IMG/VR virus record: IMGVR_UViG_3300046737_000006 | Coordinates: 1-50,570 of that record | Source: a virus | Lineage: Duplodnaviria; Caudoviricetes | Strand: one strand, 5' to 3' | Length of the DNA: 50,570 nt | Shown: piece by piece, positions 1 through 9,239 of the stretch | Position numbering within the stretch: the stretch's first letter is position 1 | Layout: the number at the start of each line of letters is the position of its first letter | Notes under the pieces: generated by a model | Told to the model about the DNA's origin: nothing | The model's database searches: none | The model's input: only the letters and a program-made list of their open reading frames with translations | Translations under genes and position numbers: made by a program

Positions 1-52
1 CTGGAAGCCCAGAGAATAGTTTCTTGAACAATGCTATTACAGAAGGTCTCCC
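1..52. repeat. Terminal overlap, copy 1 (circular assembly junction)
   Basis: 1..52 equals 50519..50570 except one base (A31 vs T50549); the reading frame is continuous across the junction. Confidence 0.95.
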
Positions 53-800
53 AGCTCTAGGCTTATCTTTGATCTCAGGTAACTGGTACAATGTGGGAGA
101 GCGCTACGCTAACCCAGGAGGTATCTCTGTAGTCAAAGATATAATCCGAGGAGATAAGTCTTTCTTAAATGTTGTGGTAGGAGCCCCCTGGAGCATTGCT
201 AGTAATGTATTCGCTTCAGTCGACCCTTTTATACAGATGACCTTAAGTGCTGTCCGAGGAGATGGGGCTTTCAAACCTAAGATAGAGGACTTCACAGATG
301 TCTTCAAAGAAGTTAACTCAGCTTATGCAGCACTACGTTTCATTGGAGCAATGAATAGTCATCGCTGGTTAAATAAGAACGAAGGATACGTAGAGGACGT
401 AAGCACTGCTAACGCATTCTTCATGACTGTTACAGGCATGGGTCCTGCGGAAATGTCTTCTCTCCAGACCAAAGCTTGGACCAGAGAACAAGAGAAGTCA
501 GCTCAAGACTTAGGTATCCAACGCTTCATTAAAGAGTCTAGACGTGCTTATGACGAACGTTCTAAGGGCAATGCAGAACAAGCAGACGATTATATGCGTC
601 GCGCATGGGCGTGGATGAGATGGGGTGGTGTGCCTCCTGATCGCTTCGCAGAAGCTATTGCCATGTCAGCACACGGATATGAAACAGTTCTCAATAGAAC
701 AGACCGTGAGTATTATACTCGCCACGTTTCCCCCGATCGTATCCAAGGTGCGATTAGTGGTTATGACCAAACCTTACAAAAGAAATACGGAACACAATAA
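1..800 (+). CDS. C-terminal part of a large internal virion protein, continuing from ATG 46087 across the junction
   Basis: The frame at the window end reads GSPENSFLNIAITEGLP and matches the LNNAITEGLP start of the 24..800 ORF; the joined product is about 1743 aa. Confidence 0.8.
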   Translation, partial: GSPENSFLNNAITEGLPALGLSLISGNWYNVGERYANPGGISVVKDIIRGDKSFLNVVVGAPWSIASNVFASVDPFIQMTLSAVRGDGAFKPKIEDFTDVFKEVNSAYAALRFIGAMNSHRWLNKNEGYVEDVSTANAFFMTVTGMGPAEMSSLQTKAWTREQEKSAQDLGIQRFIKESRRAYDERSKGNAEQADDYMRRAWAWMRWGGVPPDRFAEAIAMSAHGYETVLNRTDREYYTRHVSPDRIQGAISGYDQTLQKKYGTQ

Positions 801-3112
801 TGGCTCTACAAAGTTCATTCGGATCATTTAATCCTGACGCTAAGGATGTAGCGCCCGGCAGTTACTTAAAGATGTTCGATTCTATATCGAGCTTCGAGCA
901 ACCTTCTGCAGTAGGAGTAGCCCTCAAGGGGGCAGCTAATCTACTGGACAAAGGATTGGAGGCAGCCAATGCCTTGGTCTTGAACGAAGGACGCAACCAA
1001 GCAGAGACTAGGTTCCAACCTAAGATCGAAGAATATACAGGTTACTTAGAAGACGTTCAGAAGAAGATTACAGCACTAACTAAACCTACGGCTACAGGAA
1101 CTTACGGTGGAGAATCCGTTCCAGGAACTGAAGGTGGTGTTCCCGCTGGAACTTCAATCCTTCCCACTGAGACTGATCCTAACCTAGCTAGTGTAGAAAC
1201 CAGTCCTTCACCCGTTGCTGCATCTTCTGCCAGACTAGACATCCTCAAGGCAGGTGTAGCTCAAGGTAAGTTCAACGACTCTTACTTCAGAGGCGCAGTA
1301 GCCAATGAAGCTAAGGACATGAGGAATAACTTCCCCATTGGGTATCGTCCTGAGATCGACGCAATGATCTCAGCTAAGATGCACAGTGTCCAAGCTAACC
1401 CTTACATTGAGAGTCTCTTAAAGGACATCAACCAACATCTGACCGCAGGCAATGCAGAGAAGAATAAAGTATCTAGCTTCCTACTGAGTCATATTAAGTA
1501 TGACGGCATGGAGCAGATTTACACTGACCACGAGATGAATAAGATCGATGGCCCAGAAGCTGTACGTAGGGCTAGTATTCCTATTCAAGCAGAACAGCGA
1601 ATCACTGAAGCACATAATAGATTAAGGCTCAACAGTGACTACCTGAAGATGAATAAGGATGTCACTCAGCAGGAAGCTCAGGGCATCATTAATGATATCT
1701 TAGTATCAAAGAACAGCTCCTTAACCTCAGCTTCAGGTATAGACCAGAAGCTAGGCCAGATCATAGTTAATGGTAATCGTGGTGATTACGATGCCATGGA
1801 TACCAATACGAAGATGACTATGGCGCGCAGAGCCGAAGCACTTCGTATAGAGACGGAAGATAAAGCTAGAGCAGAACTTATGCGTCCTAATGAGAAGGGT
1901 GTGTCTCACGCTTCGATCATCGGACCAGACGAAACTACCAAACTAGTTAAGTTCGCAGGTCAACAGTTCGCAGACTATCGCGACGCTTTCTATAGTGGCA
2001 AGTTAGATTTAGCAGCCAGTCGTGCACAGACCATTCAGGCACTAGGCCAGGACGCTCTGTATAGGGGAGTCATCTCCAATCCTCAGATCATCAACTCCTT
2101 AGCTTTGATTAAGTATGCTAAGGATAACGGCTTACCAGATGCTCAGATACAGACTCTGAGTGAACCCTTATTAGCATCTACTAATGAATTCCGTAAGGGA
2201 TTCGATGAACTAGTTAAGAATCAAAAGCTTAACTTGTTGACTCCTACTGAACAAGTTGCAGGTATCGAAAAGTATTACACCACTTGGAAAGATACCTTAG
2301 AACATATGAAGAAGGTCCAGGCTGAAAAGAAGATTGATCTCCCGGACCATATCAATGAAGTTACAAAGTTAATTGACGGTGTGGGTGAACAGGCTAGTTT
2401 AGTTAATCCTAAGACACCCCAGGATAAAAAGAATGACTTAGCTTGGGCTTTCTTCGGCCCCGGTAATAAGAACGCTTTCTCATATTTCAAGTCCAATCAA
2501 TTCGCTCCCAATGGTTTCATGACTCCAGGTGCAGAGGCTTTATTTGATCGCTTTTCCAAGCCTGACGTAGTCAGAGAGATAATGAAGATGCCTCTTTCAC
2601 ATCAGAAAGCGTATGAAGAATTTATGACTACAACTAGTCGTGAGGATATCTTACGCAAGGACCTGCCTAAGCTAAAGGAAGCTATCAACAGCCCTAATGC
2701 CCAGTGGCAACTCCAGTGGAACACTGCAACCAAGAACCTTAATGTGGTTCCTAATCCTAAGTACATCGATACCAATGTTCAACCTAATCAACTGAGTCAG
2801 CGTGCTTATGAGAACAAAGGTAAAGTAGCTCTGGAACAATCTGTCTTCAGCATCAACCAAACCTTAAATGGTCTCAAGAACATAGCAGAGACTTCAGGTA
2901 AGAAAGGCGATGAGGTTGATGGTTTCGTCTTAGGCCCAGTCGTCCAGTCCTTACAGGACATCGGCCATATGCCTGGTATTCCTCAGTCGATCGGTACTAC
3001 CATCCGCAATGCTTATGCTAAGAAGTTAATCGAAGCAGAGCAAGCTAAGCGAGATGAAGAAGATCGTCAGAAGAACTATGTTCCTAGGGAACGCAAGTCA
3101 GGTGGTCGCTAA
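800..3112 (+). CDS. Putative internal virion (ejection) protein, 770 aa
   Basis: Long helical-looking ORF coupled by TAATG overlap, after the tail and internal-protein genes; function inferred from synteny. Confidence 0.6.
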   Translation: MALQSSFGSFNPDAKDVAPGSYLKMFDSISSFEQPSAVGVALKGAANLLDKGLEAANALVLNEGRNQAETRFQPKIEEYTGYLEDVQKKITALTKPTATGTYGGESVPGTEGGVPAGTSILPTETDPNLASVETSPSPVAASSARLDILKAGVAQGKFNDSYFRGAVANEAKDMRNNFPIGYRPEIDAMISAKMHSVQANPYIESLLKDINQHLTAGNAEKNKVSSFLLSHIKYDGMEQIYTDHEMNKIDGPEAVRRASIPIQAEQRITEAHNRLRLNSDYLKMNKDVTQQEAQGIINDILVSKNSSLTSASGIDQKLGQIIVNGNRGDYDAMDTNTKMTMARRAEALRIETEDKARAELMRPNEKGVSHASIIGPDETTKLVKFAGQQFADYRDAFYSGKLDLAASRAQTIQALGQDALYRGVISNPQIINSLALIKYAKDNGLPDAQIQTLSEPLLASTNEFRKGFDELVKNQKLNLLTPTEQVAGIEKYYTTWKDTLEHMKKVQAEKKIDLPDHINEVTKLIDGVGEQASLVNPKTPQDKKNDLAWAFFGPGNKNAFSYFKSNQFAPNGFMTPGAEALFDRFSKPDVVREIMKMPLSHQKAYEEFMTTTSREDILRKDLPKLKEAINSPNAQWQLQWNTATKNLNVVPNPKYIDTNVQPNQLSQRAYENKGKVALEQSVFSINQTLNGLKNIAETSGKKGDEVDGFVLGPVVQSLQDIGHMPGIPQSIGTTIRNAYAKKLIEAEQAKRDEEDRQKNYVPRERKSGGR

Positions 3113-3372
3113 TGGATAGTGGACAACACAACGACATTTTCTCTATGTTTCATTCCTTCTTATCTCATTACCACAGTTCTGAACGAGCAGGTGGCTTTGA
3201 CATGGGAGGCAACCCAGTGCAATGGATGTTGCAGAATGCAGATAAGATTCCTCAGCCTCAAGATATCTTCAAACAGATGCTTGAGACAGGAGCACAGGGT
3301 GGAAGTAGCCAAGCTGGACTAGCTCCTATCCAAAGCATCTTCGACGGTCTCATGGGCGGCTTTAATAAATGA
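3112..3372 (+). CDS. Hypothetical protein, 86 aa
   Basis: Start and stop overlap both neighbours. Confidence 0.6.
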   Translation: MDSGQHNDIFSMFHSFLSHYHSSERAGGFDMGGNPVQWMLQNADKIPQPQDIFKQMLETGAQGGSSQAGLAPIQSIFDGLMGGFNK

Positions 3373-5900
3373 CTATTGCTACTGCAACTCAGTCCTACGA
3401 CTCTGATCTTCTATACCAATTAGATCAGATCAAAGACATGCCTTCGCGGGAAGAGACTAACCGCCAGCAGAAACTGAAGGGGTATGACGAAGCCATGCCT
3501 CCAGATATGCGCGGACCTCCGACAGGCGATGAGAGTTATCCTTCGTATGGTGATGAGGATAATCAACTACACCCGCAGAATCCTAAAGACCAGAACGATC
3601 CTTACACATGGGGCATGGGTCCATCGATGGATAGGACAGGCCCCGCTATGGTGCCTTATCCTACACCTAAGTTCCAACATATAATGGGGGCTTTAGACGA
3701 GATCATCTCTCCTGAGAAGATACAGGCAGAGCCTAGTGTTAGAGGCTTATTTGAAACTCTAAAACCAGAAGAGTGGAAAGATTGGAATAACCAACCTCCG
3801 GCAACTCTACAATATAAGTATAAAGGTAAATCTAGTATTGTTGATATTCCAGGTACCTTAGACCTTCCTGTGATGCAGGAACATGGGCAGGGTATTATAG
3901 TTGATCAGTTTCACCCGGATCTTTTAAAACTTCCTCCTGAAGAATATGAAATTAAGAATATACCAGGGGAAGATTTACTTTTAATTAAAAAGAAAGGTAA
4001 ACCTCCGCTAGTAGGTGAGAACGAGAGTATTCCACCTAACGCACGTCCTACGTCAGCAGAAACACCCGCTGGTCTACAAGAACCAGGCAACATTGATCTA
4101 AACAATCGTCCTGTGGTTAAGAATGCGGATGGAAGCATCAGTACAGTTCGCAGTATGAGTGTTAACTTCGGTAATGGTGAAGTGCTCATACCTACGGTAT
4201 CTGCAGACGGTAAGAAGGTACTATCTGAAGAAGAAGCTATTAAACAGTATAAAGAGACCGGGCAACACCTAGGTATCTTCGATACTCCTGAGAACGCTAC
4301 TGCATACGCACAGAAGCTTCACGAAGACCAAGCTCAACAGTATCTTCCTAAGGAAGCTCAGCCTAACCAGAAGACCTTGTCTTATGACGAATACAAGAAG
4401 CTCAATCCAGATGGAGAACAGAAGCCTGACCAGCTCCTAGAAGCTGTTAAGATAGTTAAAGACTGGGCTGGGGAGAAAGCTTCCGAGTATTCACCTTTCA
4501 TCTCTCGACTAGCTGACATGGTAGAGCGCCAAGCGCCTGCCCCTGTTGAAAGCAAAGAAACAGCTCCTAAAGAGCCTAACGCTTTCTCGAAGCCTACTAA
4601 AGAAGATCAAACAGAAGCCTACATCAAGAGTCTCAAGCCATCTGGATATGGAGAGTCCTACGACAACTTCGTAGCCGGTCTGACTAGGCTGACTGATAAA
4701 CTACAACCAGACTTCATTCCTACTGCAGAACAATTTCAGAACTCCTCTTGGAGAGAGAAGATTGGATTTGTACTAGGCACAACCATGATGATGGCTGCAC
4801 CAACCAGAGGCAAGAGTGTAACTGGAGAAGTATTACCATCTAAGAACGCTCTCGATTTCTGGAAGGAAGGTCTAGCTGAATACGATAAGGTTGAACACCC
4901 TGTGATCAATACCTTACGTATGGCGGAGAAGCAAGGATCAGAAGTAGCAGGTAAGCTGCTCGATACCTATAAGAAGATAGACGACCCCATGGTTAAGATG
5001 GAGTTCGCTAAGATGGTTAAGAACAAGATTGCTTCAGCTACCGAAGGTGGAGAGTACCCAGAGAAGACTAACATCTCTCAACCTGAGATCAAGTTAACAG
5101 ATTCTCAGATGGATATAATCAAACAGGGTTTCGCTGAAGGTAAGAACAATAAGCAGATCGCTAAGGACGCAGGCATAGGCTATACCCAACTTCAGAATAC
5201 TCTGTTTACTAAGACCGAACAAGCTGCTGAACTGAGAGCCGCACGAGAAGCTGCACCGTCCAGAGCCCAACGTAAGTGGACTGAAGGCGAGGACAAAGTC
5301 TTAACGGATTGGTACAACGATCCTAACGGCGATATGTTTGAGACTCCTGCTAGCTTAAGTCATCGGTCTGAGACCGCTATCTTAAAACGTGCTAAGACAC
5401 TAGGCTTAGAAGAAAGCCAACCTCGTGTAGGCAGCGTACCTAGGTCTCCTAAAGACCCTACGGTATACGCTCCTGAGAAGGGCAGCGGTTCAGGTGGTGG
5501 TGAATTTAGAGTTACTGAAGTGGAAGGAAAGAAAGGTTTTGATACTTTCTCTCCGAGATATCCTAGATTTCCTGATAATCAAAACATAACACCAGAGAAC
5601 TTCGGTAAGAATATGGCTACGGATATTATCCGAGCTAATTTAAAAGGAACAGGTAAATTAACTCCTGAAGAAGTTACAAGTCTTGTTGATAAATACGGAC
5701 CCACCTTCGAAGAATTTCATAAGATGAATGCATATAGTAGAGGTACTTCAGCTTCTGAATTCAGTAACTATATGCGTAAATCTGATCCTTTAATTAAAGA
5801 ATTAGAGAAACTCGAACTGTCTAAGATGGACCCATACGATAAAGCAGTTCTAGAACAGAAGAGACGTAAAGAGAATATAAAACCAGTTAAAGACAAGTAG
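3369..5900 (+). CDS. Multidomain protein, 843 aa, with HTH-like and Myb/SANT-like segments; last gene of the virion arm
   Basis: [25 protein letters not shown] module; [33 protein letters not shown] (HTH-like); [11 protein letters not shown]...[15 protein letters not shown] (Myb-like). Confidence 0.6.
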   Translation: MTIATATQSYDSDLLYQLDQIKDMPSREETNRQQKLKGYDEAMPPDMRGPPTGDESYPSYGDEDNQLHPQNPKDQNDPYTWGMGPSMDRTGPAMVPYPTPKFQHIMGALDEIISPEKIQAEPSVRGLFETLKPEEWKDWNNQPPATLQYKYKGKSSIVDIPGTLDLPVMQEHGQGIIVDQFHPDLLKLPPEEYEIKNIPGEDLLLIKKKGKPPLVGENESIPPNARPTSAETPAGLQEPGNIDLNNRPVVKNADGSISTVRSMSVNFGNGEVLIPTVSADGKKVLSEEEAIKQYKETGQHLGIFDTPENATAYAQKLHEDQAQQYLPKEAQPNQKTLSYDEYKKLNPDGEQKPDQLLEAVKIVKDWAGEKASEYSPFISRLADMVERQAPAPVESKETAPKEPNAFSKPTKEDQTEAYIKSLKPSGYGESYDNFVAGLTRLTDKLQPDFIPTAEQFQNSSWREKIGFVLGTTMMMAAPTRGKSVTGEVLPSKNALDFWKEGLAEYDKVEHPVINTLRMAEKQGSEVAGKLLDTYKKIDDPMVKMEFAKMVKNKIASATEGGEYPEKTNISQPEIKLTDSQMDIIKQGFAEGKNNKQIAKDAGIGYTQLQNTLFTKTEQAAELRAAREAAPSRAQRKWTEGEDKVLTDWYNDPNGDMFETPASLSHRSETAILKRAKTLGLEESQPRVGSVPRSPKDPTVYAPEKGSGSGGGEFRVTEVEGKKGFDTFSPRYPRFPDNQNITPENFGKNMATDIIRANLKGTGKLTPEEVTSLVDKYGPTFEEFHKMNAYSRGTSASEFSNYMRKSDPLIKELEKLELSKMDPYDKAVLEQKRRKENIKPVKDK

Positions 5901-5933
5901 ACAAAACAAAACCCCCGGCCTAAACCGGGGGTT
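5901..5933 (-). terminator. Intrinsic terminator where the two arms converge
   Basis: Stem AACCCCCGG-CCTAAA-CCGGGGGTT; T-rich tract TTGTTTTGT on the minus strand. Confidence 0.85.
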
Positions 5934-5961
5934 AGTCATTTCTGAAGATAGAGTCTTTTTA

Positions 5962-6075
5962 TTATCCCTGTGTAGGGGTGCCCGGCTTCTCTTCGCGTGG
6001 AGCCTTCGCCATCTCTTCCATCTTCTTCTCTAACTCTTTAATATCAATCTTAGCATTATCAATAGTATCAGTCAT
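5962..6075 (-). CDS. Small hypothetical protein (MTDTIDNAKIDIKELEKK..., 37 aa)
   Basis: ATG overlaps the end of the upstream gene; coiled-coil-like. Confidence 0.5.
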   Translation of the reverse strand: MTDTIDNAKIDIKELEKKMEEMAKAPREEKPGTPTQG

Positions 6076-6325
6076 TTCTTGCTTTACCTTTTGCTTTTGT
6101 TTTGGGCTGTCGAATACGGTTCTCGTGTCGACTAACCACTTCTGTGGCAACATGATCTAAAGAACCAGTCCTATGGTAACCCACATGATCTAACTCTTTA
6201 TTGTCACCTTTGTGAACTAAACCTTTCCGTTCTGCCTTACGTCGTGCGCGATTTCTCGCTTCACGGCGTTTAACTTGTTCAGGCGAGTTTTCCCACTCGT
6301 TTTCTTTTTGGTAGTTCCGCGCCAT
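6068..6325 (-). CDS. Small HNH-endonuclease-like protein
   Basis: RNRARRK...GLVHKGDNKELDH...VVSRHENR pattern typical of short phage HNH proteins. Confidence 0.6.
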   Translation of the reverse strand: MARNYQKENEWENSPEQVKRREARNRARRKAERKGLVHKGDNKELDHVGYHRTGSLDHVATEVVSRHENRIRQPKTKAKGKARND

Positions 6326-6569
6326 GTTCTAACTTACTTTCAACTCCTTTATCTTCTTCTAACTTAACCTGTAACAACATTGGGAAGGCGTCTGCAGATG
6401 GGACAACGATGTCCACATCCTCATGTGCCTTGATGGTGGTCTGAGACCTCCAGTAGTATTCCATCGCCTCCTTGAAGAGTTCCAGGGAGACTGGAAGACT
6501 CACTATCCGCGTCATCTTCGGTCTCCGTTTGAACTTTGGGGGAGCGAGCTTTGTATCTCGTTTTCTCAT
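6279..6569 (-). CDS. Hypothetical protein (start may be the internal MTRIVS)
   Basis: ORF tiles the minus-strand operon. Confidence 0.45.
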   Translation of the reverse strand: MRKRDTKLAPPKFKRRPKMTRIVSLPVSLELFKEAMEYYWRSQTTIKAHEDVDIVVPSADAFPMLLQVKLEEDKGVESKLEHGAELPKRKRVGKLA

Positions 6570-6675
6570 GAAGCTCTTTCAGCTTCCGTCTTTCATATCT
6601 ATTAGTAGGATGTATCATATGTGTGAACCAGGGGCCGTAGACTTCTACTACTCTTGAAGGGCGACAGCCTTACCC

Positions 6676-6780
6676 CTAGTTGATTCCCCAGTATAGTGCT
6701 AGACCTAGTAAACCTAGGAAGCAGGTTATAAGACCAAACATAAAACAGAAGCCACCAAATATCCAGGTATCTTTATTCAT
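6676..6780 (-). CDS. 34-aa membrane peptide MNKDTWIFGGFCFMFGLITCFLGLLGLALYWGIN
   Basis: Translated by hand; ATG overlaps the end of the endonuclease gene; single hydrophobic helix. Confidence 0.55.
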   Translation of the reverse strand: MNKDTWIFGGFCFMFGLITCFLGLLGLALYWGIN

Positions 6781-7108
6781 TTAACCACTCCTGGGGGATT
6801 GTTTCGACTGCGTACTTGAAGCCGTGCCTTTCGGCGAACGCGAGGTTCGTCTTGGACGCACTATAAAATACAAGCCGTATGTCGAGTTCGGGGTGTTGGC
6901 GTTTAACAGCCACCATCTTTCTCTTAGCTTCAGGTCTGAAATATCCTTTAGCTTCGATATAGATTTTACCCAAGCTCGTATGAACAATGAAGTCAGGGAT
7001 ATAATGTCCCGCAAGTACGTAAGGGATTTTCTCAGACTCATACTTAAAACTTAATTTAGATTTCTTGAGCTGGAGGTAAATCCTCTGCTCGAACTTATTT
7101 CTAGGCAC
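6773..7108 (-). CDS. Endonuclease I / Holliday junction resolvase (T7 gp3-like)
   Basis: YESEKIPY...YIPDF...IEAKGYF...QHPELDIRLVF motifs. Confidence 0.9.
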   Translation of the reverse strand: MPRNKFEQRIYLQLKKSKLSFKYESEKIPYVLAGHYIPDFIVHTSLGKIYIEAKGYFRPEAKRKMVAVKRQHPELDIRLVFYSASKTNLAFAERHGFKYAVETIPQEWLNE

Positions 7109-7113
7109 TATTA

Positions 7114-7142
7114 ATTATACAATACTATAAAGTAGAAAGCAA
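7114..7142 (-). promoter_or_regulatory. Sigma70-type promoter upstream of endonuclease I
   Basis: TTGCTT-17 nt-TATAAT on the minus strand. Confidence 0.65.
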
Positions 7143-7191
7143 GGGGCACCCAGCTTCCATGGGAATGGCGGTTAACGCCCGCGCCCCTTGC
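7139..7191 (-). terminator. Branched terminator-like hairpin
   Basis: GCAAGGGGCGC...GTGCCCCTTGC stem enclosing two mini-hairpins, followed by TTTCTACTTT. Confidence 0.6.
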
Positions 7192-7199
7192 CTGTTAGA

Positions 7200-7724
7200 T
7201 TAGTGGAAGGTCGCCTTCTCGAAGGCACGGACCGAAGCCAGAGCCTCCTTAGGCTCAAGGATCGCCACGTCATCCAGCACGTTGGTGCGGGCGGCCATCA
7301 TCTCGGCCTCAGCCGCATCGTAGCCAGCCTTGTCCGCAGGCACAGCCGGGTCACGCCACACGATGTAGCGCATCAGGTCCGGAGCGTAGCTGAACTTACG
7401 GTCCGACTTGATGTCCTTGGAGAACTGGACTTTGCCCGACGCGAAGCGGGCAACCAGCTCGTCGAAGCTCTCAGGAGCCTCGTCGTTGTTCAGATGAAAG
7501 GCTGCCCGGAGATCGCTCTCGTGCTGGTTGGCAATCTGGTAGACGCGGCTGCTCAGGTGGCCACGCTGGTCATTCAGGTCGTTCATTTCATTGTCCTCTT
7601 CGTCATCGTCAGAGTCGTCGCAACATTCGTCGCAATCGCACTCTGGGTAGGGGTCGTTAGGCCACGGATTATTATACTTGACCAAGTCAAGCGCCGTGGT
7701 ACTGGAAGTCTGCAGGTACAACAT
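7200..7724 (-). CDS. Hypothetical protein with an acidic/Cys-rich N-terminus (alternative start at 7586)
   Basis: 3' part of the 340-aa ORF; SD-like AAGGAAG before ATG 7724 and GAGG before ATG 7586; strongly GC3-biased codons. Confidence 0.6.
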   Translation of the reverse strand: MLYLQTSSTTALDLVKYNNPWPNDPYPECDCDECCDDSDDDEEDNEMNDLNDQRGHLSSRVYQIANQHESDLRAAFHLNNDEAPESFDELVARFASGKVQFSKDIKSDRKFSYAPDLMRYIVWRDPAVPADKAGYDAAEAEMMAARTNVLDDVAILEPKEALASVRAFEKATFH

Positions 7725-7896
7725 AGGTTTCTCTTCCTTCTTCAGTATGTACCTAAGGAATATCTTCGTCAAGTCTAGGTCGCTAATATACTGATAGACT
7801 TTATCTTTGCTTAGATTGTCCCAAAGAGATTTGCAATCGCTATACCTAAGATATAGATCGTTGCGTTTGTCTCTAAACGGGAGCTTAGGCATACGC

Positions 7897-8796
7897 CTAA
7901 TGGTAGACTGTTTTTCCATGTCTATTGAATTCTGGGATTGGTCCATATTTATTGGTTGGTCGTTTAACACATTTAGATAGATATACAGGTCCTTCCGAGT
8001 ACTTGAAAGCACGTAGGTGGGGAAAGCACTCCCATTTGTACGCGGAATAACTTGCCGTCCAATGTAGCTTATAATTGCCTGCATTTCCGAGAGGCTCAGT
8101 CCTACATTCACAGCTAGGTGGATGTTCCATGGACTGTATGGTTTTATAGTAACGAATACGTTCTGAGAGATTGTCACGCCTAGCACTTGTGACCTGATGC
8201 TCGTATAGATGTATATGTCCATGTTGTTTATCTATGGGTAGGAGAAATCCTTTGTCTTTCACACGAACCAGAGGATCGTCAGCGGCAGCCAACACATACC
8301 CGTCAAGTTGCTCCAGATAGCCGAAGCTATCCACCACGCTGTAGTCCCTCGTTTTAAACTTTTGAAACGAAAGGCTAGTAGCAGATTTAACGTCAACTGT
8401 GCAGCCGTCGATAACACAATCACGGTGTCCAACGATCCCGTCGTATCGGAGTTCATCTTGCTCTCCAGTTACTTCGTGTCCAGCGGCTTTCGCAAGTGGG
8501 ATGATGAGAGCTTCGATAATGCTACCATACGCGAACTTAATCTTCGTCCACGGCGGTAGAGCTTCTGCCAATTCCGGGTGGTGGAGGCTGTACCAAAGAG
8601 CCCTTGGACATCTCGAACCCAGTCCTGACAGCCGTAGCGTAGCCTTCTTTCCTTCCCTACGCTCCCCAAGTTGTCCTTGGAGACGCCTGCTAATACTAGA
8701 GGAAAGGTCTCCAGCAAGCTCGTCCGTGAACCATCCATCTTGCGTCTCCTTCAAGAGTTGGTAGATGTCAGGTATTAGTGTGTGTATTGAACTCAA
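7897..8796 (-). CDS. PD-(D/E)XK (Cas4-like) exonuclease
   Basis: LRLSGLG..CPRALWY; GHRDCVIDG..VDVKS; YLEQLDGY. Confidence 0.85.
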   Translation of the reverse strand: MSSIHTLIPDIYQLLKETQDGWFTDELAGDLSSSISRRLQGQLGERREGKKATLRLSGLGSRCPRALWYSLHHPELAEALPPWTKIKFAYGSIIEALIIPLAKAAGHEVTGEQDELRYDGIVGHRDCVIDGCTVDVKSATSLSFQKFKTRDYSVVDSFGYLEQLDGYVLAAADDPLVRVKDKGFLLPIDKQHGHIHLYEHQVTSARRDNLSERIRYYKTIQSMEHPPSCECRTEPLGNAGNYKLHWTASYSAYKWECFPHLRAFKYSEGPVYLSKCVKRPTNKYGPIPEFNRHGKTVYH

Positions 8797-9062
8797 TTCA
8801 GTTTGATCTTCTGTGCCATCTCCACGAACTTCAACATGAAGTACATGAACGTTGTGTTGAATATGATTGCGATTAGTGGGAAGGCGACACAGAGCTTCAA
8901 GAACGTAGTCCAGTAGTCTGCCTTAGCCTTAGCTTCTGCTTCCTTCTTCTTCATCCCTGCTTCAGCATCTTGCTTGATCAGGTCGACGAAGGCTTTCATC
9001 CGTTGGTATTCTGCCAGTGGGTCGAGGTTATTATTGTTATTGCTTGGACCCATGAAGAACAT
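8793..9062 (-). CDS. Hypothetical membrane protein, 89 aa
   Basis: Strong SD AGGAGGAG; C-terminal hydrophobic helix; stop overlaps the exonuclease start. Confidence 0.7.
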   Translation of the reverse strand: MFFMGPSNNNNNLDPLAEYQRMKAFVDLIKQDAEAGMKKKEAEAKAKADYWTTFLKLCVAFPLIAIIFNTTFMYFMLKFVEMAQKIKLN

Positions 9063-9161
9063 GTTCTCCTCCTGTTATATAGCATCTCCGATGCGCGCAC
9101 CGAAGGTGCTAGAAGAAGTAGTGGGGACTGTTGAGGGCCAGCCCCCGCGCCCCTATTGTTA

Positions 9162-9206
9162 TTAAGGCGGCTGTGGGTATTGGGGTGGATATACTAGTGG
9201 GAACAT
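9162..9206 (-). CDS. Micro-ORF MFPLVYPPQYPQPP (14 aa)
   Basis: SD AGGAGG (9214..9219) 7 nt before ATG; ends CCG CCT TAA. Confidence 0.4.
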   Translation of the reverse strand: MFPLVYPPQYPQPP

Positions 9207-9239
9207 AGCCGAGCCTCCTATCTGAGTATACCACATTCC

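Noticed and set aside
1-52. Biological direct terminal repeat
   Set aside because: Falls inside a continuous coding frame; typical assembly overlap
7725-8222. N-terminal extension of the 340-aa ORF
   Set aside because: Overlaps the exonuclease by over 300 nt and crosses an AT-rich patch; SD-supported starts lie downstream
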